Shown here piece by piece: positions 55,698 through 64,000 of a stretch of 64,000 nucleotides of DNA. The position numbers and the translations under genes are program-made. Source of the DNA: an uncultured Slackia sp. (lineage in GTDB: Bacteria; Actinomycetota; Coriobacteriia; Coriobacteriales; Eggerthellaceae); the NCBI RefSeq assembly GCF_944321625.1, contig NZ_CALUMA010000117.1:6311-70310 (forward strand), read 5' to 3'. The notes beneath the pieces were generated by a model. That model was given only the letters and a program-made list of their open reading frames with translations, was not told the DNA's origin and did no database searches. Within the stretch, counting starts at the first letter, position 1; each line of letters begins with the position of its first letter.

Positions 55698-57344
55698 TCA
55701 CCTTGGGATGTAGAAAGCTTTTGGACCATCCTGGGCCTTCTTCAGTTTCCCTTCTTTTATGAGCTTCTTAATCTCGTAATATGCCCTCTCTTTGTCAAGA
55801 TGAAGCAGATCCACAACATCCGACGTGGTGATTCTCCCCTGCTGTTTTGCAAGTTTCATAATCAGCTCCGGGTATCGAACCTTATCTATATCGGTTTGCC
55901 TAACGTACCCTTTCGTTTTTCCCGTCATTTTGTACACTCGAGAACTCAACATATACGTCCGACGCTCCCCCGCGCCCGACGCCTCTAGCAGGCCAAACTC
56001 TATGAGGTTCTCCAGCACTTGACGCAGTCGAGGACTCTGGATGTCTAAAGCGTTTTTGAGCGTGACATACTCCGCCCTCCGCATTCTTCTCAAAGCATCC
56101 AAGACAAGCAGCGATTGGAGAGACAGCTGCGAACCCGTACGTTCGCTCTCCCTCGTTATCATCTCTATAAACTCCACATCGGGATTGCCTCGAGCGATAA
56201 ATAGACTCACTTTCCCGCTTGTGGAATCGGAGTAATCGGGAAGAGGCCTGCCGTATCGCAATGATCCTTCGAAAATTCGATCAATGCCTCTGCCCGTACG
56301 CTCAGCTAATCCGACACGCTTCAACGCATCCATCAGGCAGGGATTCCTCCCGTGTGGATCAGCGGTCAAGAGGTTCTCAATCGATATGCCTTCAACAAAC
56401 CCGCCCGGATTGGAGATAGTGAGGCCTGCGTCGTCAATAAGCACCCTGACTCTTCCCAAAACCGAATAATCCCTGTGTCCAAACGCATTCACCAGAGCTT
56501 CGCGAATCGCTCGACGGTCAAATGCTGGAACAGGATCATTGAATAACCCTAGGGCAATCTCAGTGATTGGGTTCCATGGCTCGATTGCCTTGTTTATCGC
56601 TTCGATCGTTGCGAGAAGTGGCGCCCGATATTCGGTGTTAACTTTGACATCCGTACCCTGCATAACTTGGAACACCGCATCTGCCGTAGGAACCAGCTGA
56701 GATATAGATTCCTTTTTGCCAATCAGCAGAATTCCCGTTAGCGTAGGAACCTCATCTTCCCCAACCGACGTCGTAAGCCTTAGCGCCTTCATGAGCTCAT
56801 CATCTGAAAGCTCAAGCAAATTCTTCTCTCCACCCGCATACGATTCTATTATGCCTCGAAGTCTATCCAGCTCAAGGGCGCTGAAGTCTTCTTTGCTCGA
56901 ATCGAGGACAGGCTGAGCAGAAAAATCAAGTTTCCCCAGATCAGATAAGCGTGTCGTTATCTCATAGGGATACATGGGAATGCTTTCAGGTTCGCCGTTC
57001 GCTTTGAGTCGGCGTCTTAGGATTTTCCCCGATGCAGTGGCCGTTACGCTTTGAGAGCGCGGAACCTCTATGCACAACACCGGCAAGTCGGCATCTATAA
57101 TGCGAACTCTCGTCGAAACCGATGGTACAGTTTTGTTCGCAACGAGCGCCATGATTTGAACGGGGTTGCGATGCTGAGGCTGCGCACCCGTAACCTCCCC
57201 ATCATCTTCTACCCCTATGTACAAACTTCCGCCATCGGTATTCGCCAACGAAACCACTTCTTCAACTATTACGTTATCTGAAATGGTCTTTCTGTCGCTC
57301 TTAAATTCTATAGTGAGGGACTCTTTCGCAGGAATCTCAGCCAT
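55698..57344 (-). CDS. AlbA_2 (Schlafen-like) + HATPase_c_4-like + winged-HTH protein (COG2865-type putative regulator/sensor)
   Basis: The N-terminus ESLTIEFKSDRKTISDNVIVEEVVSLANTDGGSLYIGVEDDGEVTG is the divergent AAA/AlbA_2 signature. The middle has REALVNAFGHRDYS...ISNPGG. The C-terminus has wHTH-like helices. AT-richer than the core genome. Confidence 0.75.
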   Translation of the reverse strand: MAEIPAKESLTIEFKSDRKTISDNVIVEEVVSLANTDGGSLYIGVEDDGEVTGAQPQHRNPVQIMALVANKTVPSVSTRVRIIDADLPVLCIEVPRSQSVTATASGKILRRRLKANGEPESIPMYPYEITTRLSDLGKLDFSAQPVLDSSKEDFSALELDRLRGIIESYAGGEKNLLELSDDELMKALRLTTSVGEDEVPTLTGILLIGKKESISQLVPTADAVFQVMQGTDVKVNTEYRAPLLATIEAINKAIEPWNPITEIALGLFNDPVPAFDRRAIREALVNAFGHRDYSVLGRVRVLIDDAGLTISNPGGFVEGISIENLLTADPHGRNPCLMDALKRVGLAERTGRGIDRIFEGSLRYGRPLPDYSDSTSGKVSLFIARGNPDVEFIEMITRESERTGSQLSLQSLLVLDALRRMRRAEYVTLKNALDIQSPRLRQVLENLIEFGLLEASGAGERRTYMLSSRVYKMTGKTKGYVRQTDIDKVRYPELIMKLAKQQGRITTSDVVDLLHLDKERAYYEIKKLIKEGKLKKAQDGPKAFYIPR

Positions 57345-57382
57345 GACATCGCCATCCTGTCTTATATCGGAATTTTCGACAT

Positions 57383-57439
57383 TATATCGGAATTCCGATA
57401 TATATCTCGAAATTCCGATATATTTCCGAGATCTTTTCG
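57383..57439. repeat. 57-bp direct repeat copy B, overlapping the likely promoter of the AlbA_2 gene
   Basis: Identical to 55581-55637. An extra partial copy TATATCGGAATT sits at 57363-57374. The minus-sense TATAAT (57381-57386) has 4 of its 6 bases at the edge of the palindrome. Confidence 0.95.
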
Positions 57440-57687
57440 GGATAGATATCGGTCATTGCTGTAATGATTTACTTATCATCCGCTCAAAGCAAGCGTACCG
57501 TATCTGCATTTTTTGACCGCCATCCACAGACTCTTATTGCGAACCCAGACGATTCTCAAACTTCGCAATATCCGATGCTTCTTACTCTTGCGAAGTTCAT
57601 TCTGCTCATTACTTTGCGTTTTTACTCTTAGGGACACAGGCATGCATATGCATGCCATAAGGAATCGAGTTCTGCCGTTATACGCAC

Positions 57688-57716
57688 AAAAAGAACCCCG
57701 CCGGAGCGGGGTTCTT
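57688..57716 (-). terminator. rho-independent terminator downstream of adhesin gene
   Basis: Minus strand: AAGAACCCCGC-TCCG-GCGGGGTTCTT followed by TTTTGTG. Confidence 0.75.
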
Positions 57717-57857
57717 GCTTGCTATGGCGCGGGCCTTGCTGAAGGCTCGCTATGGGACCGCTCGCTCACGCCCGCGCGGCTGCCGGCAGGCAATCTCTCG
57801 GCGAAACGTCATCCGGCGCCCGCCTGGTGAGGCGCGTCCGGCCCTGCCGCGTGTGCC

Positions 57858-60800
57858 TTAGCGGCGGCGGGTGCAGAGCAGCCCGATGGCGCCCACGGCC
57901 ACGGCTGCGGCAGCGATCACGGCGATGCCGGCGATCAGCATCCACGGCGTGGAGTCGTTCGTCTGAGCGAACTTGGGCTCCTCAGGCTCGGCCGCCGGCT
58001 CCTCGGGAGCAGGAGCAACAGGCTCCTCGGGCTCCACGTAGGTGTTGTGGAACTCGGCAAGCTTGGTGCCATTGCCGTAGTTAACCGTGGCCTCGAGCAC
58101 GCCCGTCTCGGGATTGTCGACCACAGTAACCGTCGCGGTCCAAATCTTCTCGTCGTAGGTCACACCGTCTTTCTGGATACCCTCGGTGGCAGCATCGTCA
58201 TCTGCGGGCAGAACCTCGGACACCGTGTACTCGTAGGTGCCCTCCTCGGTGAACTCGACCGTCGGGAACACCACACTACCCGTCGCGGTGTTGGTGGCGG
58301 TAACCGCATTGCCCTCCGGGTCGGTCAGCTCGAAGGTGAACTCGCCTTCAACCATGTCACGACCGGTCAGCGTCTTGAGCGCACCGAACGTGATGCTCGA
58401 CGGATCGGCCTCGTAGGTATTCTCGAACACCACAGGAGCGCCGGGCTCAACGCCCTCGATGACCCACTCGACGCCGAGCGTACCGTCGCCGTTATCCTCA
58501 ACGAATGCCGTCACGCCATACCAGTCGGTATCGTAGGTCACGCCAGGAGCGTCGCCCTTAACCTCTTCCAGCCTGTAGTTGTACGTGCCGGGCTCGTTGA
58601 AGGTTATAGCGGGGAAGTTCACCGTGCCGTCGGCGGCGTTGGTGGCGGTAGCAACAACCTCCTTGGTTGCCACGTCGGTCAGCGTGAAGCTGAACTCACC
58701 GTCGCTCAGCGTGCGGCTGGTGTTGGAGTTCAGCGTCTTGGTGATGCTGAAGCCGCCGTCGCCCGTCAGGCTGGAATCCTCGGGATCCACGTCGTACGTG
58801 TTGGTGAACGTGAAGTCCTTGCCCTCGCGCGCATCAGGCGCAGGCGTCTTCTGGACATCAAGCCTGCCGTCGCCCATATCCGTCACCGTGTAGGTGATGG
58901 TGCGGATATCCATGGAGTCGTTGTCCACGCCTTCCACGTTGCCGGACTCGGTGACCACGTACTCGAACGTCTTGGTGCGCGTGCCGTCTTCGTCGTACGC
59001 GTCCGCCTCGGTGAACACGTTGTCCATCGTGAACTCAATCACGCCGAAGTCAACGTTGCCGTCAGCGTCGTTGTTCGCGCTCATGAGCTCAGGCTCGGGA
59101 GCGCCCTCGGGCACCGTCACCGTGAAGGTGTAGAGGCCCTCGATGTCGGGAGCGTTCTCAAGCCCGTTGTTCACGTACAGCTTGGAGCCGGTGAGATTGC
59201 TCTCGTAGGTTCCGCCTTCGCCGTTGCCGTAGATATTCTTGAACTGGATATCCTCGACCGGCGTGACGACCTGAGCGGTAAGGTTGCCCTTGCCGTCATC
59301 GGTCACCTGAACCGTCACGTTGATGCTCGGCGTGGTGGTGCTGATGCCATCCATCTCGAAGTCGGACTGGTCCTCAACGATGTTGTAGATGTACTCGAAC
59401 ACCGTCGAGCCGTCGTCGTTCGTCGTCGCCGTGGCCACGTCGTTTGCCCTATCGGCATTCAGCTTGGCCATGTCGTAGGTGATGCCACCGAACGTGATGG
59501 TGCCATCGGCAGCATTCGTGCCACTGGTGACCCAGCCGTTATTGGCGTCATACACGTCAAACGTGAACTCGCCGTCCTCCAGCGGGCGGTTGGCAAGTTC
59601 CTTGCCGCCTACGAACTCAACGCCATCCTCGCCGCCGACGGTGATATCGCCAGCGTCGTACCTGTTATTGAAGGTAATAGTCGGCTGCTCGGTCAGCGAA
59701 AGCGTTGCGATAGAGCCGGTGACGTAGCCGCAGCTCTTGCCGTCCACGAACACTTCCACAAGCAGGCCGCCGCGGCCGTTCTCGGTCACGTCGTAGGCAA
59801 CCGTGTGCTGCGTGCCGTCATAGGTCACGCCATTGAGCGTCCACGTGTTGTCGCCATTGTCAACCGCGCCCTCGGGGATGACCTCGTACACGTTATAAGT
59901 GTAAGTATGGCCAACGTCATCGATGCCGAACATCATGTCGGTCTTGGGCTCAACGGTCTCGGTTGCGGTGTTGTCATCCGCGCCCGTGCCAAGATCAGCA
60001 CCAGCAGTGGCGAACTCGACCGGATCACCATCGTTCATGCGCGCAATGGACTCATCGTCGGCGCCCTCCATCATGAAGGTGAAGTCGCCGGCGCCGATGG
60101 CATGGCCGGTCATGTTCTTCACGACGTCCAGGCCGCACACCGCGTCAACGGTGATGAAGCCGGTCCGATACTCATTGGTGAACAGACCCTTCTCGACGCT
60201 TGCCGATGCGGACAGAGCGCCCATGGACGCGCCGGACTGGTCACGGTCGGTCACGGTCACGGTAATCGTTGCCTCGTTGTTCGAGTAGTCGATACCCGGG
60301 TTGTACGCTTCGCTGTCGTGATCGGGCTCAACCTCAGTCACCGTGTAGGTGTAGACGCCGGCCTTCGTGTACTCGATCTCGCCGAAGTTGAAGGTTGCCG
60401 AACCGCTCTCCTGCGGGCCAGCCACGGTCTTGTAGGCAGCGTCGCCGTCGACCGTCACACCAGCATCCTCGTCAGCCTTGGGCAGCGGAGCGGGGTTGCC
60501 ATCCTTATCCACACCGGTCAGCTTGAACTGGAAGCTATAGTCAGCGGTCCATTCGTGCTTCGTGAACTCCTTGGTGAGCTCGAAGCCCACGGGCACACCT
60601 TCGTACTTGTCGGCGGTGTAGGTATTGGTGAACTCGACCGATGCGTTGTCATCGCCCGTGGGGATGGTTCCGGTCTTGCTCGCCTCGTCGGGCGTATAGC
60701 CCGCGGTACCAGCCTCAGTCACCGTATAGGTCGCGCCCTCAGGCAGATTCTTGATGGTCACGGACTCGTTGTGCTTGAGCATCACGGTCGCATTGCCGTC

Positions 60801-63800
60801 AGCATCGAAGGCGAGCGTGCCGTCTTCCGCACCGGCCGCACGCTGATACGTCACGCTATAGGTGTCGGTAAGCGCGTTGCCGGCAACGTCCTTGAGGTTG
60901 ACCGTGAAGGTGAACTCCTTGTTCTCGTCAATCTCGGTACCCTGGTCAGCGGTGAGCGTAATCTCCTTGGAGATGGTCAGCTCGCCAGAGCCCACGGTTA
61001 CAGGCTCGGTATTGGTCCAGAACTCGGATCCGTTCTCGCCCACCTTGATGGAAGCCTTGTTGTCAAGGTTCGCATCCTCGTGCACGGCGGACTGGTTCAC
61101 CACGCCCGTGAAGGACACGGTACCGCGATCGCCAGCAGCAACGCTCTGGATAACCCAAGTGATGGTGTTGCTGTCCTCGTCAAACGTGCCGCCGCCCAAA
61201 GTGGACTGGTCAACCGTGATGCCCGTGGGCACCTGGTCGACAACCGTCACGTCGGATGTCGCGTCGGTGTTGTTCGCGTACTCGATGGTGTAGGTCAGCC
61301 TATCGCCCACCTGGATTTCGCCATCAACATGGTCGCCGGCCTCCTCGACGGACTTCTCGGGCACGTCAACCGTGACCTCATTGGTGGTCTTGGGCTCGTC
61401 GTTGCCCACCTCGATGGTGGCGTCGTTGGTCATGCCGTCAACAGTCACGGCGTCTTCGGTCACCGTAGCGGTGAACGTCACGTCGCCCTGAGCGTCGGCA
61501 GCCTGCTCGCCAAGCTCCCACGTGATGGTATGGGTCGCATCGTCGTACACGCCGTCATTCTGAATCTCGGCGGGCTCGATGCCCGTGGGCAGCTCGTCGG
61601 TCACGGTGACGGTGGCAGCCTGCGGCACGCCATTCTCATCCATGGCATCGTTCACCCAGTGGATGGTGTAGGTCAGCGTATCGCCCACGCCAACCACCTT
61701 GCCGTTGACCTCGGTCGTCGCTCCGTTGATATCAGCCTCCACCTTCTTGGTGTCCTCAGACGCCTGGTAGGTGTTGACGAACGGCAGCGTAACCTTATTC
61801 ACTTCCTCGGCAGAAGAGGTGGAGTTGACAACCTCTTCACCTGCCGCGTTGGTCACAACGGTCTGAACCTTCAGAGTGCCGGTGTTGTCATCAAGCACCG
61901 TAATGGCAACGGTGTACACCTCGTCGTCGTAGGTGTAGTTGTCGTTGGACTCACCGTTCTCGTCCACCGTATAGGTGTAGGTAATGTTGCGGTCCTCATG
62001 CGTGAACCACAGATTATCGAACGGGTTGTCATTCATCGAAGCAGCCACGCCCGCGTTGGCGGCGGGAGCCGTCACCTCAACGGAGATGCCGTCCTGGATG
62101 CCCAGCTTCTCAGCCGCAGCCTGAGCGTTGTCGCCCGTGGCGGTGATGGTGAAGCTGAACTGGCCGTCAGTCATAGCGCGATTCTCGAGCGTCTTGGTGA
62201 TGTCGAGCGTGCCTTCAGGACCGTAGTTGTACTGAGCGGCATAGTAGTTGTAGAACGAGATGCCATTCGCGGAATCAAATTCCTCGTCCTGCGGCTTCAA
62301 AACCTCGGCATGGAGCTGGCCATTTCCGTCGTCGGTCACGCGCACGACGATGCTGATGACACGGCTCTCGTCATAGACGACGCCAGGAATCTTATCCCCA
62401 TCGCTGGGGACAACCTCATACACGGTGTAGTTGTAGTCGCCAGCCTCGGTAAAGGTGATGGGCGCGAACTCGATCGGCGCGATGCCATTGGCAACGTCGG
62501 TGCGATCGGTGCGGTCGATAGTCACCTGAACCGTCTCGCTGCCCTCCGCAGTTCCCTTGGGCATAGGTGCAGCCTGGGCAGGATCGTCCGGATAGAACGT
62601 CAGCTCTTCGTCGTTGAACGTACCCTTGCCCCACTCGCGCAGCTCGAAGGTGAAGCTGTCGGTGGTCAGCCAGTCGTTGCCATCGCGGCCGGTGAACTGC
62701 TTGGTCAAATCGAAGCTCACGTCGGCGTCGCCCTCAACGGTGGTGGGATCGGCCTTGTACTTGTTGGTGAACGCGGCCTTGGTGGTCTCACCAGCGTCAG
62801 CGTCGGTCACAACGCCTTCGGTGTCGTTGTTGTACTCCACCTTGGCGGTCAGCTTGCCGCTTCCCACACCCGCAGTCTCGGGGTCGCTCACGGTAACGGT
62901 AACCGTCGCCACGTGCGTGTCGTACGTCACACCCTGATAGGGGTTCTGGCTCGACACGGGAAGAATCTCACGCACGTTGAAGGTGTACGTGCCGTCGCCA
63001 CTGGCTACGCCAACGTTATTGATGGTGATATCGCCAAACGCGAAGTCGGCCGTGTTCGCGGAGCCGTCGCCCGCAGCGGTAGTTGCTCGCCAGTTGTTGT
63101 CAGCAATGGTTATGACACCAGCGTTAACTGCAGCCTGGGTGAGCTCATCAGCGGCGGTGAGCTCGAAGGTGAACGTCTCGCCATCATTGATATTGCGGCC
63201 GTCCATGGTCTTGGTGCCCTTGATGGCAGTTTCACCCGAAAGCACCGCATCCTCGGGGTCGTAGGAGTTGGCGAACGCAAGCGGGGTCTCCGACGTCACC
63301 GTGTACTCCTGGCCGTCCTTGGTGTAGGTGGTCGTAGCAACAATTTGCGCGGTGTGGGCCTGTTCGTCAGTCGTGGTGGAAACGGCAACGGATGCCACAT
63401 ACGTAGAGGAGTCGTACGTCATGCCATTGAGCTTCCAGCCCGCCTTCGCCTTTTCATCGTCGTTGGCGTCCGCATAGCGCGTCTGTCCGCCATTGACATC
63501 CTGGTTCACCGCGTCATCGGGAATAACCTCGGTAATCTTATAGAGATACGTATTGCCGTCGTCATCCTGCGTGAACGTGATGTTCTGGAACGTCCAGGCG
63601 CCCTCGGCGTTCTTCTCGGTCACGGTCGTCGCGTCCTGCGCAGCGTTTGCCGGCATCGGAGCATCGGCGGCAGCGATGGTCAAAGTGTTGGCGGATCCGC
63701 TATCGGTCACGTATCCGCCAAGCGCTTCGAGCTTGAAGGTGAACATGCCGGTCTCAAGCTGATCGGTTCCCTGGGGACGCGAGTTGTCGACATACGTCTT

Positions 63801-64000
63801 GGCCCCGGAGAACAGAACGTCATCGGTATCCGCAGAGTAAGTGTTGGTGAATACGGCGGTTTCGTCCTCGCCCAGCTGGACAGGATTATCGAGCGTTTCG
63901 CCCTTGTCGTTCTCACTCTGGGTGAGCGTCCAGCTCACGATCTCAAGCTGACCGCTGCCGTTGTCCTTCACCGTGACAACCATCTCGTACGTCGCGCCGG
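57858..64000 (-). CDS. giant cell-surface adhesin built from pilin-isopeptide (FctA/Spy0128-like) and DUF11-like repeats; N-terminus beyond window
   Basis: Modules end in FTNTY/FENTY/FHNTY-type strands (VFTNTYSAD, FTNKYKADP, FENTYEADP). DUF11/TIGR01451-like modules are present (VGDTLTYTIHWVND, VGDRLTYTIEYANN). The C-terminus is KFAQTND + hydrophobic helix + TRRR. The frame is open past 63983 to the edge. Confidence 0.85.
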   Translation of the reverse strand, partial: GATYEMVVTVKDNGSGQLEIVSWTLTQSENDKGETLDNPVQLGEDETAVFTNTYSADTDDVLFSGAKTYVDNSRPQGTDQLETGMFTFKLEALGGYVTDSGSANTLTIAAADAPMPANAAQDATTVTEKNAEGAWTFQNITFTQDDDGNTYLYKITEVIPDDAVNQDVNGGQTRYADANDDEKAKAGWKLNGMTYDSSTYVASVAVSTTTDEQAHTAQIVATTTYTKDGQEYTVTSETPLAFANSYDPEDAVLSGETAIKGTKTMDGRNINDGETFTFELTAADELTQAAVNAGVITIADNNWRATTAAGDGSANTADFAFGDITINNVGVASGDGTYTFNVREILPVSSQNPYQGVTYDTHVATVTVTVSDPETAGVGSGKLTAKVEYNNDTEGVVTDADAGETTKAAFTNKYKADPTTVEGDADVSFDLTKQFTGRDGNDWLTTDSFTFELREWGKGTFNDEELTFYPDDPAQAAPMPKGTAEGSETVQVTIDRTDRTDVANGIAPIEFAPITFTEAGDYNYTVYEVVPSDGDKIPGVVYDESRVISIVVRVTDDGNGQLHAEVLKPQDEEFDSANGISFYNYYAAQYNYGPEGTLDITKTLENRAMTDGQFSFTITATGDNAQAAAEKLGIQDGISVEVTAPAANAGVAASMNDNPFDNLWFTHEDRNITYTYTVDENGESNDNYTYDDEVYTVAITVLDDNTGTLKVQTVVTNAAGEEVVNSTSSAEEVNKVTLPFVNTYQASEDTKKVEADINGATTEVNGKVVGVGDTLTYTIHWVNDAMDENGVPQAATVTVTDELPTGIEPAEIQNDGVYDDATHTITWELGEQAADAQGDVTFTATVTEDAVTVDGMTNDATIEVGNDEPKTTNEVTVDVPEKSVEEAGDHVDGEIQVGDRLTYTIEYANNTDATSDVTVVDQVPTGITVDQSTLGGGTFDEDSNTITWVIQSVAAGDRGTVSFTGVVNQSAVHEDANLDNKASIKVGENGSEFWTNTEPVTVGSGELTISKEITLTADQGTEIDENKEFTFTVNLKDVAGNALTDTYSVTYQRAAGAEDGTLAFDADGNATVMLKHNESVTIKNLPEGATYTVTEAGTAGYTPDEASKTGTIPTGDDNASVEFTNTYTADKYEGVPVGFELTKEFTKHEWTADYSFQFKLTGVDKDGNPAPLPKADEDAGVTVDGDAAYKTVAGPQESGSATFNFGEIEYTKAGVYTYTVTEVEPDHDSEAYNPGIDYSNNEATITVTVTDRDQSGASMGALSASASVEKGLFTNEYRTGFITVDAVCGLDVVKNMTGHAIGAGDFTFMMEGADDESIARMNDGDPVEFATAGADLGTGADDNTATETVEPKTDMMFGIDDVGHTYTYNVYEVIPEGAVDNGDNTWTLNGVTYDGTQHTVAYDVTENGRGGLLVEVFVDGKSCGYVTGSIATLSLTEQPTITFNNRYDAGDITVGGEDGVEFVGGKELANRPLEDGEFTFDVYDANNGWVTSGTNAADGTITFGGITYDMAKLNADRANDVATATTNDDGSTVFEYIYNIVEDQSDFEMDGISTTTPSINVTVQVTDDGKGNLTAQVVTPVEDIQFKNIYGNGEGGTYESNLTGSKLYVNNGLENAPDIEGLYTFTVTVPEGAPEPELMSANNDADGNVDFGVIEFTMDNVFTEADAYDEDGTRTKTFEYVVTESGNVEGVDNDSMDIRTITYTVTDMGDGRLDVQKTPAPDAREGKDFTFTNTYDVDPEDSSLTGDGGFSITKTLNSNTSRTLSDGEFSFTLTDVATKEVVATATNAADGTVNFPAITFNEPGTYNYRLEEVKGDAPGVTYDTDWYGVTAFVEDNGDGTLGVEWVIEGVEPGAPVVFENTYEADPSSITFGALKTLTGRDMVEGEFTFELTDPEGNAVTATNTATGSVVFPTVEFTEEGTYEYTVSEVLPADDDAATEGIQKDGVTYDEKIWTATVTVVDNPETGVLEATVNYGNGTKLAEFHNTYVEPEEPVAPAPEEPAAEPEEPKFAQTNDSTPWMLIAGIAVIAAAAVAVGAIGLLCTRRR

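Overview
This is a 64-kb high-GC chromosomal segment. Gene content and style suggest an anaerobic Actinomycetota genome, possibly Coriobacteriia, but that is inference only. I call about 49 protein genes, mostly on the minus strand, and one tRNA-Phe.

Housekeeping content:
- Purine genes: purB (cut by the left edge), purD and purA.
- Two TrkA-like K+ regulators, a PspC-domain pair, and CorC plus hemolysin-III.
- cydDC, with cydAB about 14 kb away.
- A YdbS/YdbT PH-domain pair, an ATP-grasp ligase, asnB, a fused amino-acid ABC transporter, murE and a YqeY-like gene.
- An HsmA-like membrane protein with a divergent TetR, nagB-nagA, a HAD phosphatase and a secreted EndA-like nuclease.
- An SPFH protein, a HemN-like radical SAM enzyme, a YhaO/YhaN-like nuclease/ATPase pair, dnaB and rplI-rpsR-ssb-rpsF.
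- A surface adhesin of more than 2040 aa built from isopeptide domains, running off the right edge.

Most interesting signals:
1. An AT-richer accessory island at about 53.46-57.7 kb. It holds an overlapping minimal-nucleotidyltransferase/HTH gene pair, a very acidic protein, and an AlbA_2/Schlafen-type gene bracketed by perfect 57-bp palindrome-rich direct repeats.
2. An orphan PD-(D/E)xK (CdiA-CT-like) nuclease inserted between rplI and dnaB.
3. An RHH-MNT fusion followed by what looks like a truncated HEPN partner.
4. NagB with a roughly 50-aa Cys/His-rich tail, and a mirrored array of about 20-bp repeats between nagB and nagA.
5. Several long inverted-repeat pairs (MITE-like or structured RNA) in intergenic regions.

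Limits: all family calls come from reading the translated sequences by eye. No database search was run and no GC values were computed. Many long ORFs in the supplied track are antisense or off-frame artefacts of the high GC content.
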